This document shows, piece by piece, positions 11,191-25,214 of a stretch of DNA of 64,000 nucleotides. A model generated the notes under the pieces. That model had not been told where the DNA came from. It did not search any database and worked only from the letters and a program-made list of their open reading frames with translations. A program made the translations under genes and the position numbers. This DNA comes from Eukaryota sp. TZLM1-RC (taxonomy: Eukaryota; Protista; Metamonada: BaSk clade): the NCBI GenBank assembly GCA_040285825.1, contig JAUPSS010000005.1, forward strand, positions 806,001 through 870,000, in the 5' to 3' direction. The number at the start of each line of letters is the position of its first letter. The stretch's first letter is position 1.

Positions 11191-13618
11191 TTTCTCGTTT
11201 GCTAGCATCAATTGTCTTCGATCGTGTCAAAGACAAAGCTTCTACATTTTTGCATCCTCATCAATTTGGAATCAAAACAATTGATGGTGCTTCTGTTGCT
11301 GCTATTGCCTCTGATACCTTTTTTAATGCAGAGGAAAATAATTTTATTTTTAATCTCGACTTTAAAAATGCTTTTAATTCTGTAAAGCGAGAAGTAATTT
11401 TTGAAGTTATTAAATCTGATTTTCCTGAGCTATCGAGTTTTTTCTACCATTGTTATGGGAAAGAATCAGATTTAATTTTTAATTCATTTGGTCTTAAATC
11501 ATCTTCTGGAGTGAAGCAGGGAGATCCTTTAGGCCCATTATTGTTTTGTTTAGCTATTCACAAAACTTTAAATATCATTAAGCAAAAATACCCTTCTATA
11601 AAAATAGTTGCTTATATGGATGATATATCCTTGATTGGTTCATTTGATTTACTAGAATTGGTTGCTCAAGAAATTGCCGATTCATATGAAAATATTGGGC
11701 TTCATCTTAATGCCAGCAAATGCCTTCTGATTGGCTCTTCTGCTCAAGACCTCGTGATAAACGATTCTATTGTCCCTTTTACTAATTATAGTAGTGATGC
11801 TTTTAAGTTCCTTGGTTGTTGGTTAGGAAATGTGCCTCAAATTCAGAATGAATTGCAAGTTATTTTTTTTTAATTTAATTTTAACTTATTTTCAAAACCA
11901 CAGTCTAAAAGTCAATTTCTTCAAAACAAGCTTCCACACCATCAAACCTTACAGCAGCAATGTTTTCATAATGTGCACTGACAGACATTAAAGCTTTCGA
12001 AATCATTTTAGGAATTGATTTGAAAATAGTAAAAACAATACGATTTAGCCACAAGCAACGATCAAAACGCTTATTCATTCTTTTTTTCACAAGATTTTCA
12101 AAATCGTCAATAAAATTCAAAGCAGTTTTTCCAAGACGACCATACAACGATATAGCAAATGGGCAAATTTGGTAATCTACATGGCGAACATGTTTCAATT
12201 CTTTTAAAGGATTTGCATACTTTTTCCGTTTGTACAATTCGGAGTCATCAAGGGGGGATACTTCGGATTGAGCATTTTTCAAGGCATTTTTCTTGCAAAC
12301 ATCCACTGTTACGACATCAACAACATTCATGACATCATCAAACGAGGGCACAACAACATCAGCACGTCGTTTTCCATATTCTGAATCTCTTACGCTTTCA
12401 TTTATATCAAGAGACCTCAACAAAGGTTCTACAAAAGATTCAATATGATAGGAATTACACATTGCATGGATTTGATCTCTGACTGCATCATGCAACGTAG
12501 AACGATAGGAAATATATCTATTACAATTAAATAAATGTGATAATGTCAAACCAGCTCCACATTTACAAAACAAATCATTGGGCAAATTGCAAGGCCATAA
12601 ATAACAACGCATTCTCATAGCAGTGGTCCATTGGTCGTCATTCAAAAATAGACCATAAATCTGGGGAATTTGATTTATCAAAACTGCAGATGAACTGTCC
12701 TTCAAATCAATCAAAAAATTGGCAAAAGCAGGATTTTTCTTTCTTAGCCGTGCTAAGTCGAACAATAAAATCCTTGTTTTCAAAATTTTCAAAAGATGTC
12801 GTTGGAGCTTTTTCAACGCAAATTTTAATGAATATAAACTTCTGTCTGGAATTTCTTGAATGGATATGGGGAAACATGATTGCCATAAGTCGGGAGATAA
12901 ACTGGATATTTCTTCTCTTAAGTTATCCAGGAATATGCTATTTGTATTTTCAAGAAGACTTTCGGCAAAAGGATATCTTCTAGAGAATTCAAATACAAAA
13001 TTTTTTCCACCACCAATAAATGCAGCTTTGGTCAAATATTTTGATGAATTGAATCCAACACCGCCAAGTTGAACATCAGAAAAAATATGATTTTTCAAAA
13101 TTGATGGATCAACAGACATTAAATAAGCCAAAAATTGGGTACGTATTTTGTAAAATTGTCTACAAAAATTGTAAGTTAGGGATGGAGGTAATGATCGCAG
13201 TAAATGAGTAATTTTTCCAGCATAACAAATTTTCAAAAGAAAAAACTTAAGATGTTTTTCCAATTCAAGAGTCTTTATGACTTCTAGCTCTTTTTTAATT
13301 GAATCTAAATAATTTTCAAGGCTGTCAAGTGTCTTTTCGGCGGAACCTAAATAGCAACCCAGAAAGCAGAAACTAGTTGAAGTATAATCAATATATGGAA
13401 CTTCGAGGGAATTAATTGTTAACTTAACATTTTTTCTAGAAATACAAAAACATTTTTGAACATTCAAATCAAGACCTATGGATTGGTATAATGTAGCAGC
13501 TTCATTAGCAACCCTATTAATTGTACTTTCTGGACCAATACAAGAAATGTCATCCATGTAAGCTACCACTTGAAGGTCAGAATTTTCTTCTTTTAATTTT
13601 TTCAAAATTGGGTGAATT

Positions 13619-15765
13619 AATTAATTTATTGAATTTGCACACTTGATTAAATTAAATCATAACTAATGGGACGACTATCATTAAACCAAGATTTCCTCTA
13701 CAAAATCTTGATTTGCTTGCTGTCTAGCTAAAGCTTCTCTAATTCGATTGAAAAACCGCGGTAATCTATTAATAATGGCAAATTGAATCCGTGAACGCCA
13801 TAAAAAAATATCAAATCTTTTCATTGTTTTTTCTTTCACCATTTTTTGGAAGTCATCCAAAAAGTTTCTGCTTCAACTGATAATCTTCCATTTATCGAAA
13901 ATGGGAAAGCAATAAAAACCAGCTGTGTATTTCTATCGATATTTGCATCTTCAATTTCTTTATCATATTTTCTATGTTTTTCTTTTGCTTTTAAAAATCC
14001 AGAGCAGCCACAGGATTAAGTTTTTCTTCTGTGAACCAAAGTATCGTTTGCAACATTACATGAGACAAAGTCAACAATAGCTTCAGAATTATCAATCCAA
14101 TCACAGTATACATCACCTCTATCATCAGAACCAAAATTATTCAGAGAAAGTGTTTCTTTCAGCAGGGGCTCTTTGATACACGATATCCTTGCAGTTTGTG
14201 CCATATTGAAAACAGTGTCTCTAACAGCATCATGTAATGAAGAACGATAAGTTATCAATTTAGAGCAATTTAGAGCATGGCGCAAAGTGAGTTGAGGTGA
14301 ATTCGAACAAATACATTTTTCTTTTGATAATAATTGGTTAATGGGGATGTTCAAATATAATCTCATTTTTGTTACAAATGCTTCATTAGTAGCACACAAT
14401 CCAAATCTTCGTGGTACAATGGTTGCAAAAAGTGAAGAATCTGACACCTTGTTTTCACAAACACCCTTTTCCAATAACAATGAGTGAAGATCTTGATTTA
14501 AAACAGCCGAGCTGCAAATATTATTATAAAGATCTTTTTCATACATTCCAGTCAATCTTTTCTGTAATGTTCGAAGAGTATACTTCAAATTTAAAACATT
14601 TTTTTCTGGAATATTGCCATTGAATGATTGGGGAAAACATCGACTCCATTTTTCTACATCAATTCTTGAAATTTCTTCATTTAATGCAAAAACAGTGGAA
14701 CTTTGCGTTGTCATCAATAAATCTTCCCAATCTGCAAATCTTTCGGAGAACTCAAAGATTGCATTTCTGCATCCACCAACAAAAAGCACACGAGGTAAGA
14801 ATAGAAGCCTTCGTCCACCCTAAACCACCATATTGTGGACTAAGGTAAGCATGATCTGGAATTTGAAACATTTTACATCCCAGTAATTGAGACAGAACTT
14901 TTGCACGTAACTCATTAAACTTTTGAGCCAAAGGTCTAGTGACGAGAGGATTTGTAGATCGAAATATATGATTAAAATTGGAACTAAAACACAGTCTTAT
15001 AATGGTAAATTTGATGTGTTTTTTTATATCTAAATTCATCATTCGGTCAATTTTGTCAGAAATTGAGTTCAACTTTTCCAACAATTTTTTTGGTAATTTC
15101 ATCATTATTTCCTAAAAACGAACCCAAATGACGAATAGCATCAATTGAATATAATTTGGCTTGAATTTCAATATCATCAATTATTGTGGAAACTGGAGAA
15201 TTCGATAACAAAACACATTTAAGTAAATTAAGTCGGAGACCAATTTTGGTAAATAATTCTTTAAAACATACAGTTGCTTTTTTTCACAATATTTAATTCA
15301 CCAATAAGCACAACATCATCCATATATGCAATCATTTTTAGTGAAGGAAACATCTCTTGAATTTGCAGTAGAATAGGATGAATGGCCAAACAAAACAAAA
15401 GAGGTCCTAACGGATCTCCTTGCTTTACGCCACTTGATGAAATCAAAATGTTGTTACCAAAAATGTAAATTAGAATATGTGCAATATGTTGATTGAAAAT
15501 ATGGTATTAATTCTGGCATATATTGCAATAGAGCACCATGGATACTGCGACGACTTAGCGAATTGAAAGCATTACTAAAATCCAATGACATGCAAACATT
15601 GGATTCATTTTGACGAAATAAGACATCAGTAGCAAAAATCGCTGAAGAGACTCCATCTGTAGTATTTATACCATATTGAAAGGGTAATAAAATCTTTTTA
15701 GCTTTTTCATTGAACCTGCTTAAGCAACACGCAGAAAAAATATTATGTAAGCTCTCAGAGACTGC
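13619..15765 (-). mobile_element. Family D, 5'-truncated, inserted in B
   Basis: Encodes QGDPLG, YMDD and the RLE, ending FVEEILV. TSD aattgggtgaatt at 13606-13618 and 15766-15778. Confidence 0.95.
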
Positions 15766-16088
15766 AATTGGGTGAATTGCAAGACAAAAAAAGAAAGGAC
15801 CTAAAGGGTCTCCTTGTTTAACTCCTGATAAAGAATCCAGATTAAAAGAATTAAAAATTGTATCAGATGAATTACCATAAAACCTATAAAAAAAGGTTTC
15901 GAGTTCAGGAAAATTTGATTTGATTTCTTTCCAAATTGAATCTCTTTTCACTGAATTGAAAGCATTTTTGAAATCAAGATTAAAAATGCAACTATTTTCG
16001 TGACAATTGAAAAACAGATCAGATGTCAAAGCTGCAACTGAAGCTCCATCTATAGTTTTGATTCCATATTGGAATGGAGAAAAGTATT

Positions 16089-16318
16089 ACTGAATAGGTC
16101 TGGTAAAACAATGAACTCCACTTTCTGGTTAAATAGAATTGTTTTTTGCATTTTCAAGTCTATTCCAACAATGATTTCAAAGGCACTTTTAGCTATTGGT
16201 GTAGAATATGAACGTAATGCTGTGAGTAGGTTCAGTAATAGTGACGCTTGTTTGGAGGATATTGAATTCTAGATGGTTATTTTTATCTCAATAAATATTC
16301 CAGTTTTTTAAAAAAAAA
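16089..16318 (+). mobile_element. Family C 3'-end fragment inserted in B
   Basis: Ends CLEDIEF, with AATAAA and an A tail. TSD gaaaagtatt at 16079-16088 and 16319-16328. Confidence 0.9.
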
Positions 16319-18387
16319 GAAAAGTATTCTTTAGCATTTGTTGAAACTCGATTAAAAATTACTGAAGACATCAAGCGATAAATGGCTTCACCAATGGCAA
16401 TTGGGCGAACTTTTCCATTAGGTTTAGTTAAAGCCACTAACCGTGATGCACTTAATTCTTTGGGTGGAACAATTTTCATTATCAAAACATCTTGAAAAAA
16501 GGAACATAAATCTTTAATAATGAAGGCATTTTGGCGGCACACAGATTTCAGCATATCAAAAGTAATTCCAGATGGACCTGGAGCTTTTCCAGATGGAAGA
16601 CGGAAAATGGCAGTTTCAACTTCTTTTTCAGAAAGTGGATTTTGTTTCCAAAATTGTGAAGCAGATGGTTTATCCAAATTAAGAAATTCAGCTGGATGCA
16701 GATCCACTAATTGATTTACAGTTTCATCAGTGACAGGAGCAAGATCAGATGAGAACAGAGCGTTTTTCCCTGAACCATATCTCCCACGTAACAAAAGTTT
16801 TCGTACAGTCTTATTCTTGGGTTGTTTCTTTGGAGTGAAAACCTTTTGGGGACGAGAACCTGATTTTTGTTCAAGGAAGAATTTCCAAATAGAAAATATA
16901 TCCCATTCACCTTTTTTCAAAGCAAGACTGAATGTTCTAAACGCAACAGAAAAGGGAATGGAAGCCTTGGGACTGAGAACATTCGGAATCTTACATGGAG
17001 GCCGTAATGTATCAAGCGAGGAGCAAACATGGCATACATATAAATTATTTTTTAAAATATATCTTTCAGCTTTTTCATTACAAATAGCACAATTATCAAT
17101 TTGACTTGCTTCAAGGGGAATATCTAACATCACTGCATCATTGTCTTCTGCAGTGCACTCATCTTTGGGAGGTAAAATAAATTCTAAATTATGTAATTCA
17201 GTGGCAGCGGCGGTTACAGAATAAGAAATAGATGGATTTTGATAATTTTCACATTTTTTAGAATTCTTTTTATGACCAACTTCATGACAAGATGAGCAAC
17301 GGGGAACATTTTTTGAGAGTTTAGTGTTTTTTGTGGCACGCTGATCATTTTTTGAATTTGAAATTTTTTGAGAAGAATTTCGAGCATAGCTTGGAGGGTG
17401 GGGAGAGTGGAGGAGTGAAGGGGATGAGCTTGATCTGACGGGTAGAACCTTCACTTGGGCATTCCAATCAGTATCGGAGTCACTATCTGCCTCTGGCATC
17501 GTTTAGGGAGAGACACAGTACAACTTTGACGCCAACACAGAAAGTGAAAAATGATAGGCTTGACCAAGGGAGGGAGAAAAAAAAAATTTATTTTGGAAAA
17601 AATGAAAATTGAACTTGATTCAATTTCTTCTTTAGATATAGAAAAGCATATTAAATTTTTCATGCTTAAAATTTGCTACACTGGGAGAATAACCCACATT
17701 TTGAGATCTTGTGCTCCTTCCATAGCATTAGATTTTTGTCGTTCTTTTAATTCATTGAGAACAGAATTTTTTGCTGATTTATTGGATGTAGAACCAGGAA
17801 TGTTGAAAAGCCATTTATTTTCTTCAGCAAATTTGGGTGGTATTGGATTTACTAAATCTTCAATTTTGTGTCAATCAGCATTCTTGGGTGGTGGCAAAAA
17901 TTTTATTTATGAATTTTCTCGTAGATTTTCTGATGATTCTCATCTGTTAGTCCCCAATTGTAGTCCCTATTTGTATGAGTTATCTTGTGAACTTGAAAAA
18001 TTACCGCCACAAATTTGGACCAAATGTTTTCCTCAATCAATTCAAGAAATTCCAAACCGATCTCTATTTAATTTACAGTTTTGCTGTAAATTTTTTTTTC
18101 TCCCTCCCTTGGTCAAGCCTCTCATTTTTCACTTTCTGTGTTGGCGTCAAAGTTGTACTGTGTCTCTCCCAAAACGATGCCAGAGACTCATAGTGACTCC
18201 GATACTGATTGGAATGCCCAAGTGAAGGTTCTACCCGTCAGATCAAGCTCATCCCCTTCACTCCTCCACTCTCCCCACCCTCCAAGCTATGCTCGAAATT
18301 CTTCTCAAAAAATTTCAAATTCAAAAAATGATCAGCGTGCCGCAAAAAACACTAAACTCTCAAAAAATGTTCCCCGTTGCTCATCCT

Positions 18388-18484
18388 TTTTTTTAAATTT
18401 AATTTTATTCTAAACCTATAAATCAACATCTAAAAAATCCATCTCTCCCAAAACAAAAACACTAGATGCAACTCTCTCATATTT
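18388..18484 (-). mobile_element. ~95-bp family A 3' end
   Basis: TSD gttgctcatcct at 18376-18387 and 18485-18496. Confidence 0.9.
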
Positions 18485-18578
18485 GTTGCTCATCCTGTCA
18501 TAAAGTTGGTCATAAAAAGAATTCTAAAAAATGTGAAAATTATCAAAATCCATCTATTTCTTATTCTGTAACTGCCGC

Positions 18579-20207
18579 ATTATACCAATCCATAGGTCTT
18601 GATTTGAATGTTCAAAAATGTTTTTGTATTTCTAGAAAAAATGTTAAGTTAATAATTAATTCCCTCGAAGTTCCATATATTGATTATACTTCAACTAGTT
18701 TCTGCTTTCTGGGTTGCTATTTAGGTTCCGCCGAAAAGACACTTGACAGCCTTGAAAATTATTTAAATTCAATTAAAAAAGAGCTAGAAGTCATAAAGAC
18801 TCTTGAATTGGAAAAACATCTTAAGTTTTTTCTTTTGAAAATTTGTTATGCTGGAAAAATTACTCATTTACTGCGATCATTACCTCCATCCCTAACTTAC
18901 AATTTTTGTAGACAATTTAACAAAATACGTACCCAATGTTTGGCTTATTTAATGTCTGTTGATCCATCAATTTTGAAAAATCATATTTTTTCTGATGTTC
19001 AACTTGGCGGTGTTGGATTCAATTCATCAAAATATTTGACCAAAGCTGCATTTATTGGTGGTGGAAAAAATTTTGTATTTGAATTCTCTAGAAGATATCC
19101 TTTTGCCGAAAATCTTCTTGAAAATACAAATAGCCTATTCCTGGATAACTTAAGAGAAGAAATATCCAGTTTATCTCCCGACTTATGGCAATCATGTTTC
19201 CCCATATCCATTCAAGAAATTACAGACAGAAGTTTATATTCATTAAAATTTGCGTTGCAAAAGCTCCAACGACATCTTTTGAAAAATTTTGAAAACAAGG
19301 ATTTTATTGTTCGACTTAGCACGGCTAAGAAAGAAAATCCTGCTTTTGCCAATTTTTTGATTGATTTGAAGGACAGTTCATCTGCAGTTTTGATAAATCA
19401 AATTCCCCAGATTTATGGTCTATTTTTGAATGACGACCAATGGACCACTGCTATGAGAATGCGTTGTTATTTATGGCCTTGTAATTTGCCCAATGATTTG
19501 TTTTGTAAATGTGGAGCTGGTTTGACATTATCACATTTATTTAATTGTAATAGATATATTTCCTATCGTTCTACGTTGCATGATGCAGTCAGAGATCAAA
19601 TCCATGCAATGTGTAATTCCTATCATATTGAATCTTTTGTAGAACCTTTGTTGAGGTCTCTTGATATAAATGAAAGCGTAAGAGATTCAGAATATGGAAA
19701 ACGACGTGCTGATGTTGTTGTGCCCTCGTTTGATGATGTCATGAATGTTGTTGATGTCGTAACAGTGGATGTATGCAAGAAAAATGCCTTGAAAAATGCT
19801 CAATCCGAAGTATCCCCCTTGATGACTCCGAATTGTACAAACGGAAAAAGTATGCAAATCCTTTAAAAGAATTGAAACATGTTCGCCATGTAGATTACCA
19901 AATTTGCCCATTTGCTATATCGTTGTATGGTCGTTTTGGAAAAACTGCTTTGAATTTTATTGATGATTTTGAAAATCTTGTGAAAAAAAGAATGAATAAG
20001 CGTTTTGATCGTCGCTTGTGGCTAAATCGTATTGTTTTTACTATTTTCAAATCAATTCCTAAAATGATTTCGAAAGCTTTAATGTCTGTCAGTGCACATT
20101 ATGAATACATTGCTGCTGTAAGGTTTGATGGTGTGGAAGCTTGTTTTGAAGATATTGACTTTTAGACTGTGGTTTTGAAAATAAATTAAAATTTTTTCAA
20201 AAAAAAA
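18579..20207 (+). mobile_element. Family B, 5'-truncated, inserted into another B
   Basis: Ends FEDIDF plus tail. TSD gtaactgccgc at 18568-18578 and 20208-20218. Confidence 0.95.
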
Positions 20208-20905
20208 GTAACTGCCGCTGCTGCTGAATTAAATAATTTAGAATTTAATTTACCTCCCAAAGATGAGTGCACTGCAGAAGACAATGATGCAGTGATGTTA
20301 GATATTCCCCTTGAAGCAAGTCAAATTGATAATTGTGCTATTTGTAATGAAAAAGCTGAAAGATATATTTTAAAAAATAATTTATATGTATGCCATGTTT
20401 GCTCCTCGCTTGATAAATTACGGCCTCCATGTAAGATTCCGAATGTTCTCAGTCCCAAGGCTTCCGTTCCCTTATCTGTTGCGTTTAGAACATTCAGTCT
20501 TGCTTTGAAAAAAGGAGAATGAGATATATTTTCTATTTGGAAATTCTTCCTTGAACAAAAATCAGGTTCTCGTCCCCAAAAGGTTTTCACTCCAAAGAAA
20601 CAACCCAAGAATAAGACTGTACGAAAACTTTTGCTACGTGGGAGATATGGTTCAGGGAAAAACGCTCTGTTCTCATCTGATCTTGCTCCTGTGACTGATG
20701 AAACTGTAAATCAATTAGTGGATCTGCATCCAGCTGAATTTCTTAATTTGGATAAACCATCTGCTTCACAATTTTGGAAACAAAATCCACTTTCTGAAAA
20801 AGAAGTTGAAACTGCCATTTTCCGTCTTCCATCTGGAAAAGCTCCAGGTCCATCTGGAATTACTTTTGATATGCTGAAATCTGTGTGCCGCCAAAATTCC
20901 TTTAT

Positions 20906-20944
20906 AGTTTGTAGTTTAATAATAAATTAAAATTTTTTTAAAAA
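20906..20944 (+). mobile_element. Insertion consisting only of a B-type 3' UTR and tail
   Basis: gtagtttaataataaattaaaatt plus A run. TSD aaaattcctttat at 20893-20905 and 20945-20957. Confidence 0.85.
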
Positions 20945-21335
20945 AAAATTCCTTTATTATTAAAGATTTATCTTCCTTTTTTCAAGATGTTTTGACAATG
21001 AAAATTGTTCCACCCAAAGAATTAAGTGCATCACGGTTAGTGGCTTTAACTAAACCTAATGGAAAAGTTCGCCCAATTGCCATTGGTGAAGCCAATTATC
21101 GCCTGATGTCTTCAGTAATTTTTAATCGAGTTTCAACAAAAGCTAAAGAATTCTTTTCTCCATTCCAATATGGAATCAAAACCATAGATGGAGCTTCAGT
21201 TGCAGCTTTGACATCTGATCTGTTTTTCAATTGTCACGAAAATAGTTGCATTTTTAATCTTGATTTCAAAAATGCTTTCAATTCAGTGAAAAGAGATTCA
21301 ATTTGGAAAGAAATCAAATCAAATTTTCCTGAACT

Positions 21336-21673
21336 TTTTTTTAATAATTTTAATTTATTATGAAACTACAGTCTAAAAGTCAATATCTTCAAAACAAGCT
21401 TCCACACCATCAAACCTCACAACAGCAATTTCTTCGTAATGTGCACTGACAGACATCAAAGCTTTCGAAATCATTTTTGGAATTGATTTGAAAATAGTCA
21501 AAACAATACGATTTAGCTACAAGCGACGATCAAAACGCTTATTCATTCTTCTTGTCACAAGATTTTCTAAATCATCAATAAAATTCATAGCAGTATTTCC
21601 AAGACGACCATACAACGATATAGCAAATGGGCAAATTTGGTAATCTACATGGCGAACATGTTTCAATTCTTTT
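21336..21673 (-). mobile_element. Family B 3' end (variant 3' UTR)
   Basis: Tail at 21336. Its continuation appears to be the inverted B piece at 25215-26264. Confidence 0.85.
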
Positions 21674-24600
21674 TTTTCTCCCTCCCTTAGTCAACCCTTT
21701 CATATTTCACTTTCTGTCAAGGCGTCAAAGTCGTACTGTTTCTCTGTCAAAACGATGCCTTTGGCTGATAGTGACTCTGATACTGATTGGAACGCCCAAG
21801 CAAAGATTCTACCAGTCAGATCAAGCTCATCCATTCCACTTCCCCACTCTTCCCACAATACAAGCTATGCTCGAAATTCATCTCAAAAAAATTTTCATTC
21901 AAAAACTGATCATTGTACCAGAAAAAACACAGAAAAACCACCATTACGTTCCTTGCGTTCTGTTGCGCGTTCTTTTAACAACTCCGTTTCTCGAAATTTG
22001 TTTTCTCCAGCTGAAACTGCAAAAAGTCAAAAGTCTATTTCTACTTTTAACTCAAAAATTGACAAAATTGAAAGAACTGAAAAAATGAAACCACTGCCAT
22101 TAAAAGGTTCTAAAAAATGTTCGATTTGTGGTATCAGTGGTCATAATTCGAGAACGTGCCCTGAGAAACAAAAAAGAGAATTTGAATTAAAATCTGCTCA
22201 ACAAATTCTCAAATGTTCTGTTCCAGCTGTTGCCGTTGTGAAAGGTGCTGAAAATAATGTTTCTGACGATCAACAGTTAAATGCTTCTAGTGTTCCCTCT
22301 TCTTCCCCTTCTGAAAACAGTAATTTTTGTTGTCCATTTTGCAAAAAAGATGTTGCAGATTCACGAAATGGTCGAAAACTTCTGTTTTGTATGAATTGTA
22401 AAGCCGTTGATACCGTAAGACCCCCGATCCGGATCCCAGTAGAAATAAGTCCCGCCAGCACAATCCCCTTCTCAATGGAAATGAGAAATTTTACTTCTGA
22501 ATTGAAAAATAATAAGTGGAATATTTCATACTTCTGGAAATATTTTGCTAGAAAAAACAAAAATTGTTTTAAGAAAAAATTTGGAAATAGAAAAATTGTA
22601 AAATCAAAAATTTGCCGAAAATTGTGCTTACGTGGTCGTTATGGTGCCGCAAAGCAGTCTTTGTTTTCCTCTTCTTTGGCTGATGGAAACTCTGATACTC
22701 TTGAAAAACTCCAAAAGTTGCATCCTCAAGAAAATTTCAAGTGCAGCAAGCCTGAAGTGTGTCCTTTTTGGATTGAAAATCCTATTACTGCAATTGAAGT
22801 TCTTAAAGCTATTCAAAAATTACCTAAGGGGAAAGCAGCAGGCCCATCTGGAATTTCTTTTGATCTCTTAAAAATAGCGTGTTCCAGTGCTCCCGAAATT
22901 GCTGATGATCTAGCCCACTATTTTCAACAATTAATTGTTTTGAAAATAAATCCTCCATTTGAATTGCTCGCAGCACGTCTGATTGCTTTAGTAAAGCCTG
23001 GAAACGGAATCAAACCTGATGGAATACGCCCAATTGCTGTTGGTGAATCTCTTTCTCGTTTGCTGGCATCAATTGTCTTCGATCGTGTCAAAGACAAAGC
23101 CTCTACATTTTTGAATCCTCATCAATTTGGAATCAAAACAATTGATGGTGCTTCTGTTGCTGCTATTGCCTCTGATACCTTTTTTAATGCAGAGGAAAAT
23201 AATTTTATTTTAATCTCGACTTTAAAAATGCTTTTAATTCTGTAAAGCGAGAAGCAATTTTTGAAGTTATTAAATCTGATTTTCCTGAGCTATCGAGTTT
23301 TTTCTACCATTTTTATGGTAAAGAATCAGATTTGATTTTTAATTCATTTGCTCTTAAATCATCTTCTGGTGTGAATCAAGGTGACCCTTTAGGTCCATTA
23401 TTGTTTTGTTTGGCTATTCACAAAACTTTAAATATCATTAAGCAAAAATACCCTTCTATAAAAATAGTTGCTTATATGGATGATATATCCTTGATTGGTT
23501 CATTTGATTTACTAGAATTGGTTGCTCAAAAAATTGCCGATTCATATGAAAATATTGGGCTTCATCTTAATGCCAGCAAATGCCTTCTGATTGGCTCTTC
23601 TGCTCAAGACCTCGTGATAAACGATTCTATTGTCCCTTTTACTAATTATAGTAGTGATGCTTTTAAGTTCCTTGGTTGTTGGTTAGGAAATGTGCCTCAA
23701 ATTCAGAATGAATTGCAAGTTATTTTGGAAAAAAATGAAAATTGAACTTGATTCAATTTCTTCTTTAGATATAGAAAAGCATATTAAATTTTTTATGCTT
23801 AAAATTTGCTACACTGGGAGAATAACCCACATTTTGAGATCTTGTGCTCCTTCCATAGCATTAGATTTTTGTCGTTCTTTTAATTCATTGAGAACAGAAT
23901 TTTTTTGCTGATTTATTGGATGTAGAACCAGGAATGTTGAAAAGCCATTTATTTTCTTCAGCAAATTTGGGGGGTATTGGATTTACTAAATCTTCAATTT
24001 TGTGTCAATCAGCATTCTTGGGTGGTGGCAAAAATTTTATTTATGAATTTTCTCGTAGATTTCCTGATGATTCTCATCTGTTAGTCCCCAATTGTAGTCC
24101 CTATTTGTATGAGTTATCTTGTGAACTTGAAAAATTACCGCCACAAATTTGGACCAAATGTTTTCCTCAATCAATTCAAGAAATTCCAAACCGATCTCTA
24201 TTTAATTTACAGTTTTGCTGTAAAAAGCTTCAACAAAAATTGTCAAAGATTTTTGAAAGCTTGGATTTTGATGTTAGACTTGGCTTGGCCAAGAAAAAGA
24301 ATCCCGCTTTTGCAAATCTTTTTACAAGATATGTGTGACAGTACTTCTTCTGCCTTAGTAACAACAATTCCACAAGTTTATGGTACTCTCTTATCCGATT
24401 CTGCTTGGACTCTGAATATGAGATTTCGTTCCTTTATCTGGCCTGATAATTTACCTCATAATTTAATTTGTAAATGTTCTCGAGAAATTACAACTACTCA
24501 TTTGTTAAATTGTAAACATTTTATTACTTTTTAGAAGCAAGGTTCATGATGCTGTAAGAGACCAGTTATATTGTATGTGTAAATCTCATAGAATTGAATC

Positions 24601-25142
24601 CTTCTTGGAACCTTTGTTGTCAAATCTGTTTGATGCTGAAAATGATTTTCATAAGAATAATAGAGGTGATGTCATATTACCTGGATTAGATGGAAGCTTC
24701 ATTTTTATTGGATGTAATGTCTGTTGATCCTTGTAATGCCTCAAATGAAAGGCTTGTTAATTCTGAAATTCATAATCCCCTTTCAAATGCTGAAAATTTT
24801 AAATTCAAAAAATACAATGAACCTTTGTCCAAATTGGCCAGTCTACAGCATGCAAAATACAATTTGTATCCATTTGTATTTTCCCTTTTTGGTTCACTTG
24901 CACCAACTGCTTTACGTTTTTTGGATGATTTTGAAATGATTGTAAAGAGAAGAACTGGCAGAAATTTCAACAGATTGTTTTGGCAAAATAGAATTGTGTT
25001 TTCTATTTTAAAGGGGATGTTGAAGATGGTTTCCGATGCTTTGCTTTCTCTTGGATCTCACTATGAGAGAGTTGCATCTAGTGTTTTTGTTTTGGGAGAG
25101 ATGGATTTTTTAGATGTTGATTTATAGGTTTAGAATAAAATT
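21670..25142 (+). mobile_element. Full-length family A element; ORF 21755-25127 (~1120 aa) broken by homopolymer frameshifts
   Basis: T8-ctccctccc leader, then MPLADSDSDTDW, CSICGISGHNSRTC, CPFC..CMNC, QGDPLG/YMDD, CKC..HLLNC..HDAVRD, RGD..D..KKY and DVDL-TAG, followed by AATAAA. Confidence 0.95.
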
Positions 25143-25214
25143 AAGCAAATGAAGCAAATGAATTAAAAATTAAATCTGATTCTTTACCATAAAAATGGTA
25201 GAAAAAACTCGATA

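Larger units (their letters stand above)
11867..17587 (-). mobile_element. Full-length family B element carrying nested D and C
   Basis: T10-ctccctccc leader near 17587, ATG at 17499 (MPEADSDSDTDW), RT, RLE and stop at 11905. TSD ttatttt at 11860-11866 and 17588-17594. Confidence 0.9.
10223..18090 (+). mobile_element. Family A RT segment in three pieces (10223-10388, 11191-11866, 17588-18090)
   Basis: The pieces are colinear once the B insertions are removed (EIADD...QGDPLG...YMDD...QFCCK). Confidence 0.85.
18091..21335 (+). mobile_element. Family B 5' half hosting three insertions
   Basis: T9-ctccctccc leader and ATG at 18177. Pieces at 18091-18387, 18485-18578, 20208-20905 and 20945-21335. 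Nonsense codon at ~20520. Confidence 0.9.

Noticed and set aside
21755-25127. Prokaryotic RT system (group II intron, retron or DGR)
   Set aside because: The C-terminal RLE, AATAAA plus oligo(A), 5' truncations and TSDs identify eukaryotic non-LTR elements.
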